Source: Chlamydiota bacterium (GTDB taxonomy: Bacteria; Auribacterota; Tritonobacteria; UBA1439). Taken from it: DNA of 10,644 nt. Numbering within the stretch: position 1 is the stretch's first letter; every line of letters begins with the position of its first letter. The stretch covers positions 1-10,644 of the forward strand of contig JBAXOY010000102.1 of assembly GCA_037133055.1 (NCBI GenBank). Reading direction: 5' to 3'. Both the position numbers and the translations under genes were made by a program. Of this stretch, positions 1 through 7,345 are shown in pieces. The notes below the pieces were generated by a model. That model searched no databases and had not been told where the DNA came from. It saw only the letters and a program-made list of their open reading frames with translations.

Positions 1-180
1 AACCGCATCGCCTTCGGCCTGGTCGTGGCGGCCCTCATCATCGGCTCCTCGGTCGTGACCCTGAGCGACCGGGGGCCGCGCCTGCTCGGGGTTCCGCTCC
101 TCGGCCTCGCCGGGTTCGTGCTCACGGGGCTCCTGGGGCTCCGGCTCATCTTCGGCATCATGCGCTCGGGGAAGCTCTGA
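1..180 (+). CDS. 3' end of AarF/UbiB (ABC1) atypical kinase family protein, partial: C-terminal membrane hairpin only
   Basis: Frame 1 reads NRIAFGLVVAALIIGSSVVTLSDRGPRLLGVPLLGLAGFVLTGLLGLRLIFGIMRSGKL*, stop TGA 178-180. Two hydrophobic helices with NR..F.L..AALIIGSS...GP...G.P.LG..GF and a terminal RSG.L match the C-terminus I recognise in bacterial AarF/UbiB proteins. The kinase domain lies outside the window. Confidence 0.75.
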   Translation, partial: NRIAFGLVVAALIIGSSVVTLSDRGPRLLGVPLLGLAGFVLTGLLGLRLIFGIMRSGKL

Positions 181-264
181 GGCGGCGCGGCGGATGGTCA
201 CCGGGCACGGGCCGGAACGACCGGAGAGGAGCAGTGCAGGCATCCCTGCCAGGCGGCATGGCGA

Positions 265-1134
265 ATGCGGACCATCGCGAAAGCCGACATCGTGGCGCAC
301 GGGATATGCGCCGCGGGCGTGGCGCTCTGCGTTATCGCGCTCGCGCGCAGCTTCGGGCGGCCCGCGTGGGGGTTCCTGGCGGTCGCGGCGCTCGCCCTGT
401 ATGCCGCGGGAGCGCTGCGGCGGCCGTTCAGGAGGATGCGGCTCGCGCGGGAGGAGTTTCCCGCGGCATGGCGGGAGGTTCTTCTCCGGGACGTCCGGTT
501 TTACCGCGGGCTTGACAGGGCGGGGCGCGCCCGTTTCGAGCGCGACCTGCGCTGGTTCCTCGGCGAGCACGCGATCGAGGGCGTGGACGGGGTGCGCGTC
601 ACCGGCGAGCTCCGGGCGCTCATCGCGGCGGGGGCGGCGGTCCTCCTGCACGGGCAGCCGGAATGGGAGCTGCCGCGCGGGCACACGATCCTCGTGTACC
701 CGGGGAGCTTCGACGAGGAGTTCAGGTGCGCGCCCCGCGGGCCGTTCGACGGCCAGGCGCACGGGCAGGGGCCGGTCATCGTGGCCCGGGACGCGGTTCG
801 GACGGGGTGGCGGAACCCCCCGGACGCAGGCAACGTCGCGCTCCACGAATTCGCGCACCTGATGGACATGAAGAGCGGCGGGCCGAACGGCGTGCCGAGG
901 ATGCTCGCGCGGGCCGCCGTGGGCGAGTGGCTCGCCCTGATCCGCGCGGAGATGGAGAAGGTGGAAAAGGGCCAGTCGCTGCTCCGCCCGTACGCCGCTG
1001 AGAACGAGGCGGAGTTTTTCGCGGTGGCGGTGGAGTATTTCTTCGGGCAGCCGCGCCTGCTCCGGGCGCGGCACCCGGAACTGTACGGGGCGCTCGCCCG
1101 GTTCTTCAACCAGGATCCGGCGTTGAAGCAATGA
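265..1134 (+). CDS. M90 family (MtfA-like) zinc-dependent peptidase with N-terminal transmembrane helices, 289 aa
   Basis: HExxH motif NVALHEFAHLMD (HEFAH at 844-858), plus LRPYAAENEAEFFAVAVEYFF and HPELY..L..FFNQDP, typical of M90/MtfA. FP.AW and ILVYP.SF also fit the family. Two hydrophobic segments at about aa 9-51. SD is weak (AGGCGG 251-256), so the start is less certain. Confidence 0.9.
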   Translation: MRTIAKADIVAHGICAAGVALCVIALARSFGRPAWGFLAVAALALYAAGALRRPFRRMRLAREEFPAAWREVLLRDVRFYRGLDRAGRARFERDLRWFLGEHAIEGVDGVRVTGELRALIAAGAAVLLHGQPEWELPRGHTILVYPGSFDEEFRCAPRGPFDGQAHGQGPVIVARDAVRTGWRNPPDAGNVALHEFAHLMDMKSGGPNGVPRMLARAAVGEWLALIRAEMEKVEKGQSLLRPYAAENEAEFFAVAVEYFFGQPRLLRARHPELYGALARFFNQDPALKQ

Positions 1135-1156
1135 CAACCAGGAGAAAGGCACACCC

Positions 1157-2503
1157 ATGACACGCAGATCGATTCTTTCACTGGCGCTCGTCGCCGTTCT
1201 CCGCGGAAGCCTCGCCGCGGCCCCCGGGGACCGCGAGGCGCGTATCAACGACGTGATGAAGCGGGTGGCCGAGTGGGCGCGCGTGCGGGAGGAGATCACG
1301 CTCGCAAGCTACCGGGGGCAGCGGACGGAGCTCCGCGAGAAGCTCGGGAAGATGGAGGCGGACCTCGCGCGCGACAACGTCGACTACCGGAGCTTCCTGG
1401 GGATACAGAGCCACTGCGAGGACATCCAGGGCACATTCTTCTTCGACGGCGCCTGGGTGGAGAACACCATCTACTGGCGGTTCCTGCGCGTCTTCAACTT
1501 CCCCCGCCACCTGGGAAGGATGGTCGGAAGGCCCCGCCAAGCCTCCGACCTGACCGCCTCGGGGGGCGTCCCCGACTCCGCCCTCTTCTTCAACAGCGAC
1601 ATCGCCTCGTTCACTCCGGAGTCGCTCGCCGCCGAGGACGCGCTCATCCGGCCCCGGGGGAAGATCACGATCACCGGGAAGAAGGGTGAGGGGAAGTCGG
1701 AGGGCTTTTACGGCAAGGACGAGCGCGGGACCGAGTATATCGTCATCGTCGACCCGCCGAAGATGGAGGAGCAGGAGACCGCCGCGGAGGTTGTCGGCTC
1801 CACGCTCGTCCGCATGGCGGGCTACAACATCGCCACGAGCGCCATCATCACCATCTCCGGGACCGGGAACCCCGAGTTCGACGGGCGGCGAGCGGTCGCG
1901 ACGAAGCTCGTCGAGGGGTACAAGGGCCACTGGTCCTACCGGGACTTCGGCTCCCGCAGGGAGATGCGGGCGACCATGCTCTTCGGCGGATGGATACACA
2001 ACACCGACTGGGTGGACCACAATACCGGCATCAGCGTGACCAGGACGGAGGGCATCCCGCTCACGCGCTACTTCATCTTCGACTTCGGCGGCTCGCTCGG
2101 CTCCTGGAACGTCCGGACCAAGGAGCCGCGGGACGGATGGGAGTACTACGTGGACTTCGGGGAGTTTTTCCTCTGGCCGGCGCTGAGGCCGCTCGATCTC
2201 ATGGGGCTCAGGCACAAGCCCTGGAGCGCCGACGGGGCCCAGTTCAGCGAGGCGGTCGGCTATCTCGACAGCAACTTCCCTCCCGACCGGTACCGCTCCA
2301 ACTACCCGAACATGGCGTGGGCGGAGATGACCCGCGAGGACGCCCTCTGGGCGGCGAACCTGATGGCGAAATACACCGACGCGCAGGTGCGGGCGGCGGT
2401 GGACCTCGCGCGGTACAGCCGGCCCGAGGACGCCGACTATGTCTTCCGCACCCTCATGGAGCGCCGGAAGAGGATCCTGGACTTCTACGGCGTGAAGCCG
2501 TGA
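1157..2503 (+). CDS. Exported uncharacterised protein with atypical kinase-like fold (HipA/PI3K/CotH-like motif order), 448 aa
   Basis: SD-like GGAGAAAGG at 1141-1149. N-terminus MTRRSILSLALVAVLRGSLAA resembles a signal peptide with a twin-Arg-like TRRSIL. Motifs in kinase order: GKKGEGKSEGF (aa 174-184), YIVIVDPP, AAEV (E211), HNTDWVDHN (D284-x4-N289), YFIFDFGGSLG (DFG 309-311), then a helical C-lobe. The CDS is solid; the fold is inferred. Confidence 0.75.
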   Translation: MTRRSILSLALVAVLRGSLAAAPGDREARINDVMKRVAEWARVREEITLASYRGQRTELREKLGKMEADLARDNVDYRSFLGIQSHCEDIQGTFFFDGAWVENTIYWRFLRVFNFPRHLGRMVGRPRQASDLTASGGVPDSALFFNSDIASFTPESLAAEDALIRPRGKITITGKKGEGKSEGFYGKDERGTEYIVIVDPPKMEEQETAAEVVGSTLVRMAGYNIATSAIITISGTGNPEFDGRRAVATKLVEGYKGHWSYRDFGSRREMRATMLFGGWIHNTDWVDHNTGISVTRTEGIPLTRYFIFDFGGSLGSWNVRTKEPRDGWEYYVDFGEFFLWPALRPLDLMGLRHKPWSADGAQFSEAVGYLDSNFPPDRYRSNYPNMAWAEMTREDALWAANLMAKYTDAQVRAAVDLARYSRPEDADYVFRTLMERRKRILDFYGVKP

Positions 2504-2540
2504 TCCCCCGCCTGAACAGTCAACCCGGAACCGCACCCGC

Positions 2541-5500
2541 ATGAGCCTCTCGCTTGAGAAGGTCCTCAAGGTCCGCCGGCCGGAGCAGCCGCTGCTCCTT
2601 CTGATGATCGGAACCATCGCCCTCTTCCAGTTCTGCCAGATCATCAACGAGAACTTCTCCGAGACGGTCTTCCTGAAGCGCTACGGTGTCTCCTACCTCC
2701 CCACGACCTATTTCCTGAACTCGCTCGTCTTCCTCGCCCTGCTCTTCGCCCTGAACCCCGTCGTGGACCGCACGGCGCGGACCCGCCTGGTCTCGCACCT
2801 CCTCCTCATCTTCGCGGGGACGCTCGTGTGCCTCCGCCTCCTCGTCGCCTCCGGGATCACGCTCGCGTACCCGGTCACCTACATCGTCGTCAAGCAGATG
2901 AAGTACGTCTTCTACATCGTATTCTGGACGCTCGCCAGCGATATCTACTCCACTCGGAAGGCGCGTCGCCTCTTCCCGCTCATCGGGGGCGGCGCGGTCC
3001 TCGGGACCATTGCGGGGAGCCTGTCGAGCGGCTGGGTCCGGGGGCTCACCGGGACGGACAACGTGGTCCTCTTCTCGAGCGCCGGGATGCTCGTCTCGTG
3101 GGTCCTGATCGGGCTGGGAAAGCGGCAGGTGAACCGCCTCTCCCCGGTGACCTTCTCCCCATCCGAGTCCGTGACGATCGCCTCGCTGGGGAAGTTCGTC
3201 AGGCGCGAGGTTTTCGGGCAGAAGGGCGGGTCGCTGCTCAACTACCTGATGCTCCTCGCCCTTCTCCCCGGGATCGTCGGCCCGATCTACGAGTATGTAT
3301 TCAACTACCTCGCCGACAAGACCTACCACACCGAGGCCTCGCTCTTCGGCTTCTTCGGCCTCTTCAAGGGGTCGTTCAACATACTCATCCTGGCGTGCCA
3401 GATCCTCATCGCGGGCAGCGCGTTCCGGCGCTACGGGATCGTCAATGTCCTTTTCGCCTACCCGGCCGGGTACCTGTTCGCCTTCGGGAGCCTCCTCGCG
3501 AGCTTCCGCATGTCCGCGGCGGCGGCGGGGCGGACGGGTATCGAGGTGATCGACGCCGCGTTCTACAAGCCCGGCTGCCAGATGCTCTACAACATCATCC
3601 CCGCGCAGCTCCGCGGCAGGGTGAGCGCCCTCGTGCAGGGCGCGGTGCGGAGGATCGGCGAGCTCGCGGGGAGCGGGCTCCTCCTGGTCATGAAGATCTA
3701 CCTGTCGCCGCTTCACCTCAACCTGGTCGGGCCCGCGTTCGCGCTGGTGTGGCTCTACTGCACCTGGCGGCTCCGCCGCTCCTACTCCGCGATACTCTAC
3801 CGCAGCTTGAGCGAGAAGCACGTGAACTTCGCCGAGCTCGAGGGCCGCGACCTTCGCTCGCTCATGTCGGCCCAGGCCCGCGCGGCGCTGGAGAAGAACC
3901 TCGCCGCCGAGCAGCCCGCGACCGCCCTCATGGCGGCCCGCCTCCTCAGCCAGTCCGGAATCGCGGGGTGGCCCGCCCTCGTCTGTGCGCATCTCTCCCG
4001 CCTTCCGCCCGAGGCGCAGGTGGAAATCCTGCGCGTGGCGGCGACGGGCCCGCGGGGCGAGGTCGCGCGGGCGCTCCTCGGGGCGGCGGGCGGCGTGCAC
4101 CCGTCGATCCTGCCCGAGCTCGCCGCCGTCCTGCGGCGCACGGCCCCGCACGAGGGGGCGGCGCTCTTCAGGAAATGGCGCGGAGCCGCGGACACGCGCC
4201 TCGCCGCGGAGGCGCTCCTCGGCCTCCAGGCGGCGGGCGAGAAGGTGGACGGGGAATGGGCCCTCCGGCGGCTCGGCTCCCCGAACCCCGGGGAGGCGGC
4301 GAGCGCGGTCTATTTCCTCGGCGAGACGGGGTGCGGCGGGTGTCTCGAGCGTGTCATCGGGCTCGCGGACTCGAAGGACCCCTCCGTCAGGGCCGCCTGC
4401 GCGAGGGCGCTCGGGAAGCTCGGCCTGCCCCTCTCCTCGGCCCGCTGGCACATGCTCCTCGGCGATCCTGAGCCCCGCGTGCGCCTGAAGGCCCTCGAGG
4501 GGCTCGCGGCGCTGGAGGACCAAGAGGCGGTGCGGAGCGCGGTCCCGGCTCTCGGCGACGAGGACGCGGGGGTGCGCGAGGCGGCACAGGCGCTCATCGA
4601 GGGCCACGGCGAGGCGGCGATACCGCTCCTTACCGAGGCGCTGCCGGGGGCGGGGCTCTTCACGAGGGCGGTCCTCATCAGGATACTCGACGACCTCGGC
4701 GTCAAGGAGCAGACGCTCCTCGCGTTCATCGACGCGAAGGTGGAGGAGGGGTACCGCGCCGTCGTGATGATGCGCTGCGCGGAGGAGATCCCGCCCGGGA
4801 GGTCGCGCGAGGTTCTGTCGCTCCTCTGCCGCAATCGCCTGAGCGAGGCGACCTACGAGATATTCAGGGCGCTGGGGCTTCTCCTGAAGGGCGGGCAGGT
4901 GCAGTTCATCCAGGAGAACTACCACGACCGCGAGGAATCGGTCAGGGAGCAGGCGCTCGAGGCGCTCGAGAACGTCCTCACGCCGGAGATCGCGCGGAAG
5001 CTCCTGCCGCTGCTGGAGGACCTGCCGCTCGATCTGAAACTCGCGGCGGGGGCGAAGCACTACCGGCTCGAGTCGTCGAGCCTCGGCGGCGCGCTCGGCG
5101 ACATGCTGGATTCGCCGCACGGCGCCGACGCGCTCTGCGGTCTCATGTGCATCGGAGAGGCGTGCCGGAGGGGGAAGCCGCCGGTCGGGGCGGAGCTCCG
5201 CGGCCGGGCGGAGGCGCGCATCGCGGCATTGAACATCCAGGGAGGGAAGGCCGTGGAAGACCTGATGGAGAAGGTGCTGACGCTCAAGGGGGTGCCGATC
5301 TTTGCGCACCTCCAGTTCAAGGAACTGCTCGCCATCGCCTCGATCTCGCGCGAGGAGGCGTTCGACCCCGGCGACATCATCATCCGCCAGGGCGAGCGCG
5401 GCTACACGATGTACCTCATCATCTCGGGGAGGGTGCGCATCCTCTCCCGCGCGGAGGATGACAGCGAGGAGGTCCAGCTCGCGACCCTGATGGAGAACGA

Positions 5501-5696
5501 CTACTTCGGCGAGATGGCCCTCTTCGACGACTCGCCGCGCTCGGCCACCGCGGTCGCCGAGGGGCGGGTCGCGGCCCTGAAGATCGACAAGCGCGAGTTC
5601 CGCGACATGCTGCGGGAGTACCCCGGCGTTTCGATCATGATGTGCGAGGAGTTCTGCCGCCGCCTCCGCCGCACCATCGAGAAGGTCAGCGTCTAG
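2541..5696 (+). CDS. NTT (Npt1/Npt2, TLC ATP/ADP translocase-like) nucleotide transporter fused to HEAT repeats and a C-terminal cyclic-nucleotide-binding domain, 1051 aa
   Basis: aa ~1-420 are polytopic, with the NTT-type motif FWTLASDIYSTRKARRLFPLIGGGAVLGTIAGS. aa ~440-830 hold HEAT-like repeats (DSKDPSVRAACARALGKL, DPEPRVRLKALEGL, DEDAGVREAAQAL, REESVREQALEALEN). aa ~905-1051 form a cNMP domain (LKGVPIF, IIRQGERG..MYLIISGRV, FGEMALFDDSPRSATAVA at 5505-5549) with no CRP-type HTH. Stop TAG 5694-5696. Confidence 0.88.
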   Translation: MSLSLEKVLKVRRPEQPLLLLMIGTIALFQFCQIINENFSETVFLKRYGVSYLPTTYFLNSLVFLALLFALNPVVDRTARTRLVSHLLLIFAGTLVCLRLLVASGITLAYPVTYIVVKQMKYVFYIVFWTLASDIYSTRKARRLFPLIGGGAVLGTIAGSLSSGWVRGLTGTDNVVLFSSAGMLVSWVLIGLGKRQVNRLSPVTFSPSESVTIASLGKFVRREVFGQKGGSLLNYLMLLALLPGIVGPIYEYVFNYLADKTYHTEASLFGFFGLFKGSFNILILACQILIAGSAFRRYGIVNVLFAYPAGYLFAFGSLLASFRMSAAAAGRTGIEVIDAAFYKPGCQMLYNIIPAQLRGRVSALVQGAVRRIGELAGSGLLLVMKIYLSPLHLNLVGPAFALVWLYCTWRLRRSYSAILYRSLSEKHVNFAELEGRDLRSLMSAQARAALEKNLAAEQPATALMAARLLSQSGIAGWPALVCAHLSRLPPEAQVEILRVAATGPRGEVARALLGAAGGVHPSILPELAAVLRRTAPHEGAALFRKWRGAADTRLAAEALLGLQAAGEKVDGEWALRRLGSPNPGEAASAVYFLGETGCGGCLERVIGLADSKDPSVRAACARALGKLGLPLSSARWHMLLGDPEPRVRLKALEGLAALEDQEAVRSAVPALGDEDAGVREAAQALIEGHGEAAIPLLTEALPGAGLFTRAVLIRILDDLGVKEQTLLAFIDAKVEEGYRAVVMMRCAEEIPPGRSREVLSLLCRNRLSEATYEIFRALGLLLKGGQVQFIQENYHDREESVREQALEALENVLTPEIARKLLPLLEDLPLDLKLAAGAKHYRLESSSLGGALGDMLDSPHGADALCGLMCIGEACRRGKPPVGAELRGRAEARIAALNIQGGKAVEDLMEKVLTLKGVPIFAHLQFKELLAIASISREEAFDPGDIIIRQGERGYTMYLIISGRVRILSRAEDDSEEVQLATLMENDYFGEMALFDDSPRSATAVAEGRVAALKIDKREFRDMLREYPGVSIMMCEEFCRRLRRTIEKVSV

Positions 5697-5733
5697 GGGT
5701 CGCACATAGGCACACCGCCGGCACCGGTATCTC

Positions 5734-7290
5734 TTACTGGACGATAAGCGTCTCCCGGTCGACGGTCCCGACGTACTGCCCGGTCGCCGCGTCGATCGCG
5801 CCGCCCTCGAGATAGTAGACCCCCGTCGCGATTCCCCTGAACTGCGTGTCAAGGATCGGATAGTCCCATATCGGCGCCGCCACGGTGGTGGTCCCGGGGA
5901 AGCCGAGATACGGCGTCGGCGAAGCCATGAACCCCACCCCCCGCTCGTAGTAGAGCGTCTGCCCGTTCGGCATGACGATCCGCACGAACAGGTAGCACGG
6001 AGTGGAGATGACGGATATGTTCGCCCTCACCGCGATCCAGTCGGTCGTGAAAAACGTCGTCTTGTTCGCCGTCAGGTCGACCGGGGGCGCCGGTGGGACG
6101 GCATACGAGTAGACGACGCCCATATCCTCCGGCCCGCCCGCCAGCGTCGCGCCGTACAGCGTGCCGTTCGAGAGGAGAAGCGTCCCTGTCGGGAATGATC
6201 CGGTGCCCTCGATGAGGCCGTCGAAGCGGTAGAGCTTGGTGTAGCCGGTGCCGTCGGTGTTGAGCGTGAAGATGGCGCCCGCGTCCATGCCCGCGATCCC
6301 GTTGAGGGCGTTTACCCTGCCCCCGGAAGACGTGGTGCCATAGAGCCTGGTGCCGTCCCTTGTCAGGCCGGTGCAGAAGAGGTTATTGTTCAACCTCTTG
6401 CTGCCCTGAGGCTCCGCGGCGGTGTCGAGAGAGAAGTCGTGCAGGGTCTGGAAATTGGCCCCATTCTTGTCGACGGCGAAGATGGTTCCCCCGCCATAAC
6501 CGAAATATGCCCCGCCGTTCGCCCCGCCGGACAGCGTCAGCCCGTAGAGCCTGCTCCCGTCCGAGACGAGTCCGCCCACCGGCTGCGCGCCGTCAGGGCC
6601 GGAGAAGTCGTGCAGGATCGTGTGGGTGCTTCCGTCGGGCGACATGGAGAAAAGGGTCCCGGCTTCCGAGAGGTAACTCCCGCCCCACGAGGTCGCCCCG
6701 TACAGGGTCCCGTTTTCGAGGAGCAGGCCGCCCCAGGGAGAACTGCCGTCGAGCGGTGAGCCGGCGAAATTATAGGCGACGGTGTAGGCGCTGCCGTCGG
6801 TCTTGATGGAGTACGCAGTGCCGTCGCTGGTGGTCCCCCCAGCACTCGTCAATCCGTAGATCATGTCTCCGGACACCACCACAGGGCTCCTCTCCCCTGC
6901 GCCGGAATAACTCCACAGGAGGGCCGTGTAAGCGGTGCCGTCGGTCTTTATAGAATAGAGTGCCCCGAGCGAGTTATCTCTGGTCGTCCCGTACAGGACG
7001 CCGTTGCTCAGCGCGAGGCCGCCGTTCGTGTAGGTGTAGTCGGAAAAGCTGTTGAGGATCGTGAACCCGCTCCCGTCGAGGTTCATCGCGTAGAGGATAC
7101 CGGAGCTGTTCGCGCCGCCGTTGGTTGTGATCCCGTAGAGCTTGACGCCGTCGGATACCACTCCCCCGTCCGGATACTGGCCGTCCGTCGGACCGCCCGA
7201 AAAGTTGTGGAGCACCGTGTACGTCTGCGCGAAAGCGCCCGTCGCCGCAAGGCACAGCGCCAATGCCGCCAACGCAATCAGACCACGCAT
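5734..7290 (-). CDS. Secreted GloVer-type (TIGR03803-like) repeat protein, probable 7-bladed beta-propeller plus C-terminal beta domain; paralogue A, 518 aa
   Basis: Start moved from 7374 to ATG 7290, which follows SD GAGGGAGGGG and gives signal peptide MRGLIALAALALCLAATGAFA|QTY. Seven repeats of Y/F-T-x-L-H-x-F...DG..P.GGL...G..LYG.T..GG....G..Y/F....DG.G, then a PPAPP linker and a 115-aa C-terminal domain (5737-6081). Confidence 0.9.
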   Translation of the reverse strand: MRGLIALAALALCLAATGAFAQTYTVLHNFSGGPTDGQYPDGGVVSDGVKLYGITTNGGANSSGILYAMNLDGSGFTILNSFSDYTYTNGGLALSNGVLYGTTRDNSLGALYSIKTDGTAYTALLWSYSGAGERSPVVVSGDMIYGLTSAGGTTSDGTAYSIKTDGSAYTVAYNFAGSPLDGSSPWGGLLLENGTLYGATSWGGSYLSEAGTLFSMSPDGSTHTILHDFSGPDGAQPVGGLVSDGSRLYGLTLSGGANGGAYFGYGGGTIFAVDKNGANFQTLHDFSLDTAAEPQGSKRLNNNLFCTGLTRDGTRLYGTTSSGGRVNALNGIAGMDAGAIFTLNTDGTGYTKLYRFDGLIEGTGSFPTGTLLLSNGTLYGATLAGGPEDMGVVYSYAVPPAPPVDLTANKTTFFTTDWIAVRANISVISTPCYLFVRIVMPNGQTLYYERGVGFMASPTPYLGFPGTTTVAAPIWDYPILDTQFRGIATGVYYLEGGAIDAATGQYVGTVDRETLIVQ

Positions 7291-7345
7291 AAAACCCCCT
7301 CCCTCTTTTATCGCCGGGGTACATCCCGCCGGACGCGTCACGCTG

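Noticed and set aside
178..267. UbiB-like stop (TGA) in frame with the peptidase ATG with no intervening stop, suggesting readthrough or selenocysteine
   Set aside because: RSGKL* is a normal family terminus, 28 stop-free codons are unremarkable at this GC content, and no convincing SECIS-like hairpin is visible.
223..515. Strong SD-like GGAGAGGAG before GTG 234 (93-aa ORF)
   Set aside because: The ORF is out of frame with the peptidase and looks non-coding. An indel error near 234-265 cannot be excluded without reads.
194..862. Alternative-frame ORFs such as 194-862, 2828-4471 and the many short Arg/Pro/Gly-rich ORFs
   Set aside because: Their composition is typical of off-frame reading of GC-rich genes, and they overlap well-supported CDSs.
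5253..5696. CRP/FNR transcription factor
   Set aside because: The protein ends right after the C-helix with no HTH domain.
5697..5733. Bidirectional terminator at the convergent junction
   Set aside because: Only 4-bp stems and no U-tracts.
2520..5852. 1110-aa antisense ORF, and likewise 1178-2647 (-), 7142-9154 (+), 501-1181 (-) and 9355-10179 (+)
   Set aside because: These are shadows of real genes. Strong GC3 bias removes stops on the opposite strand, and the translations show no recognisable motifs.
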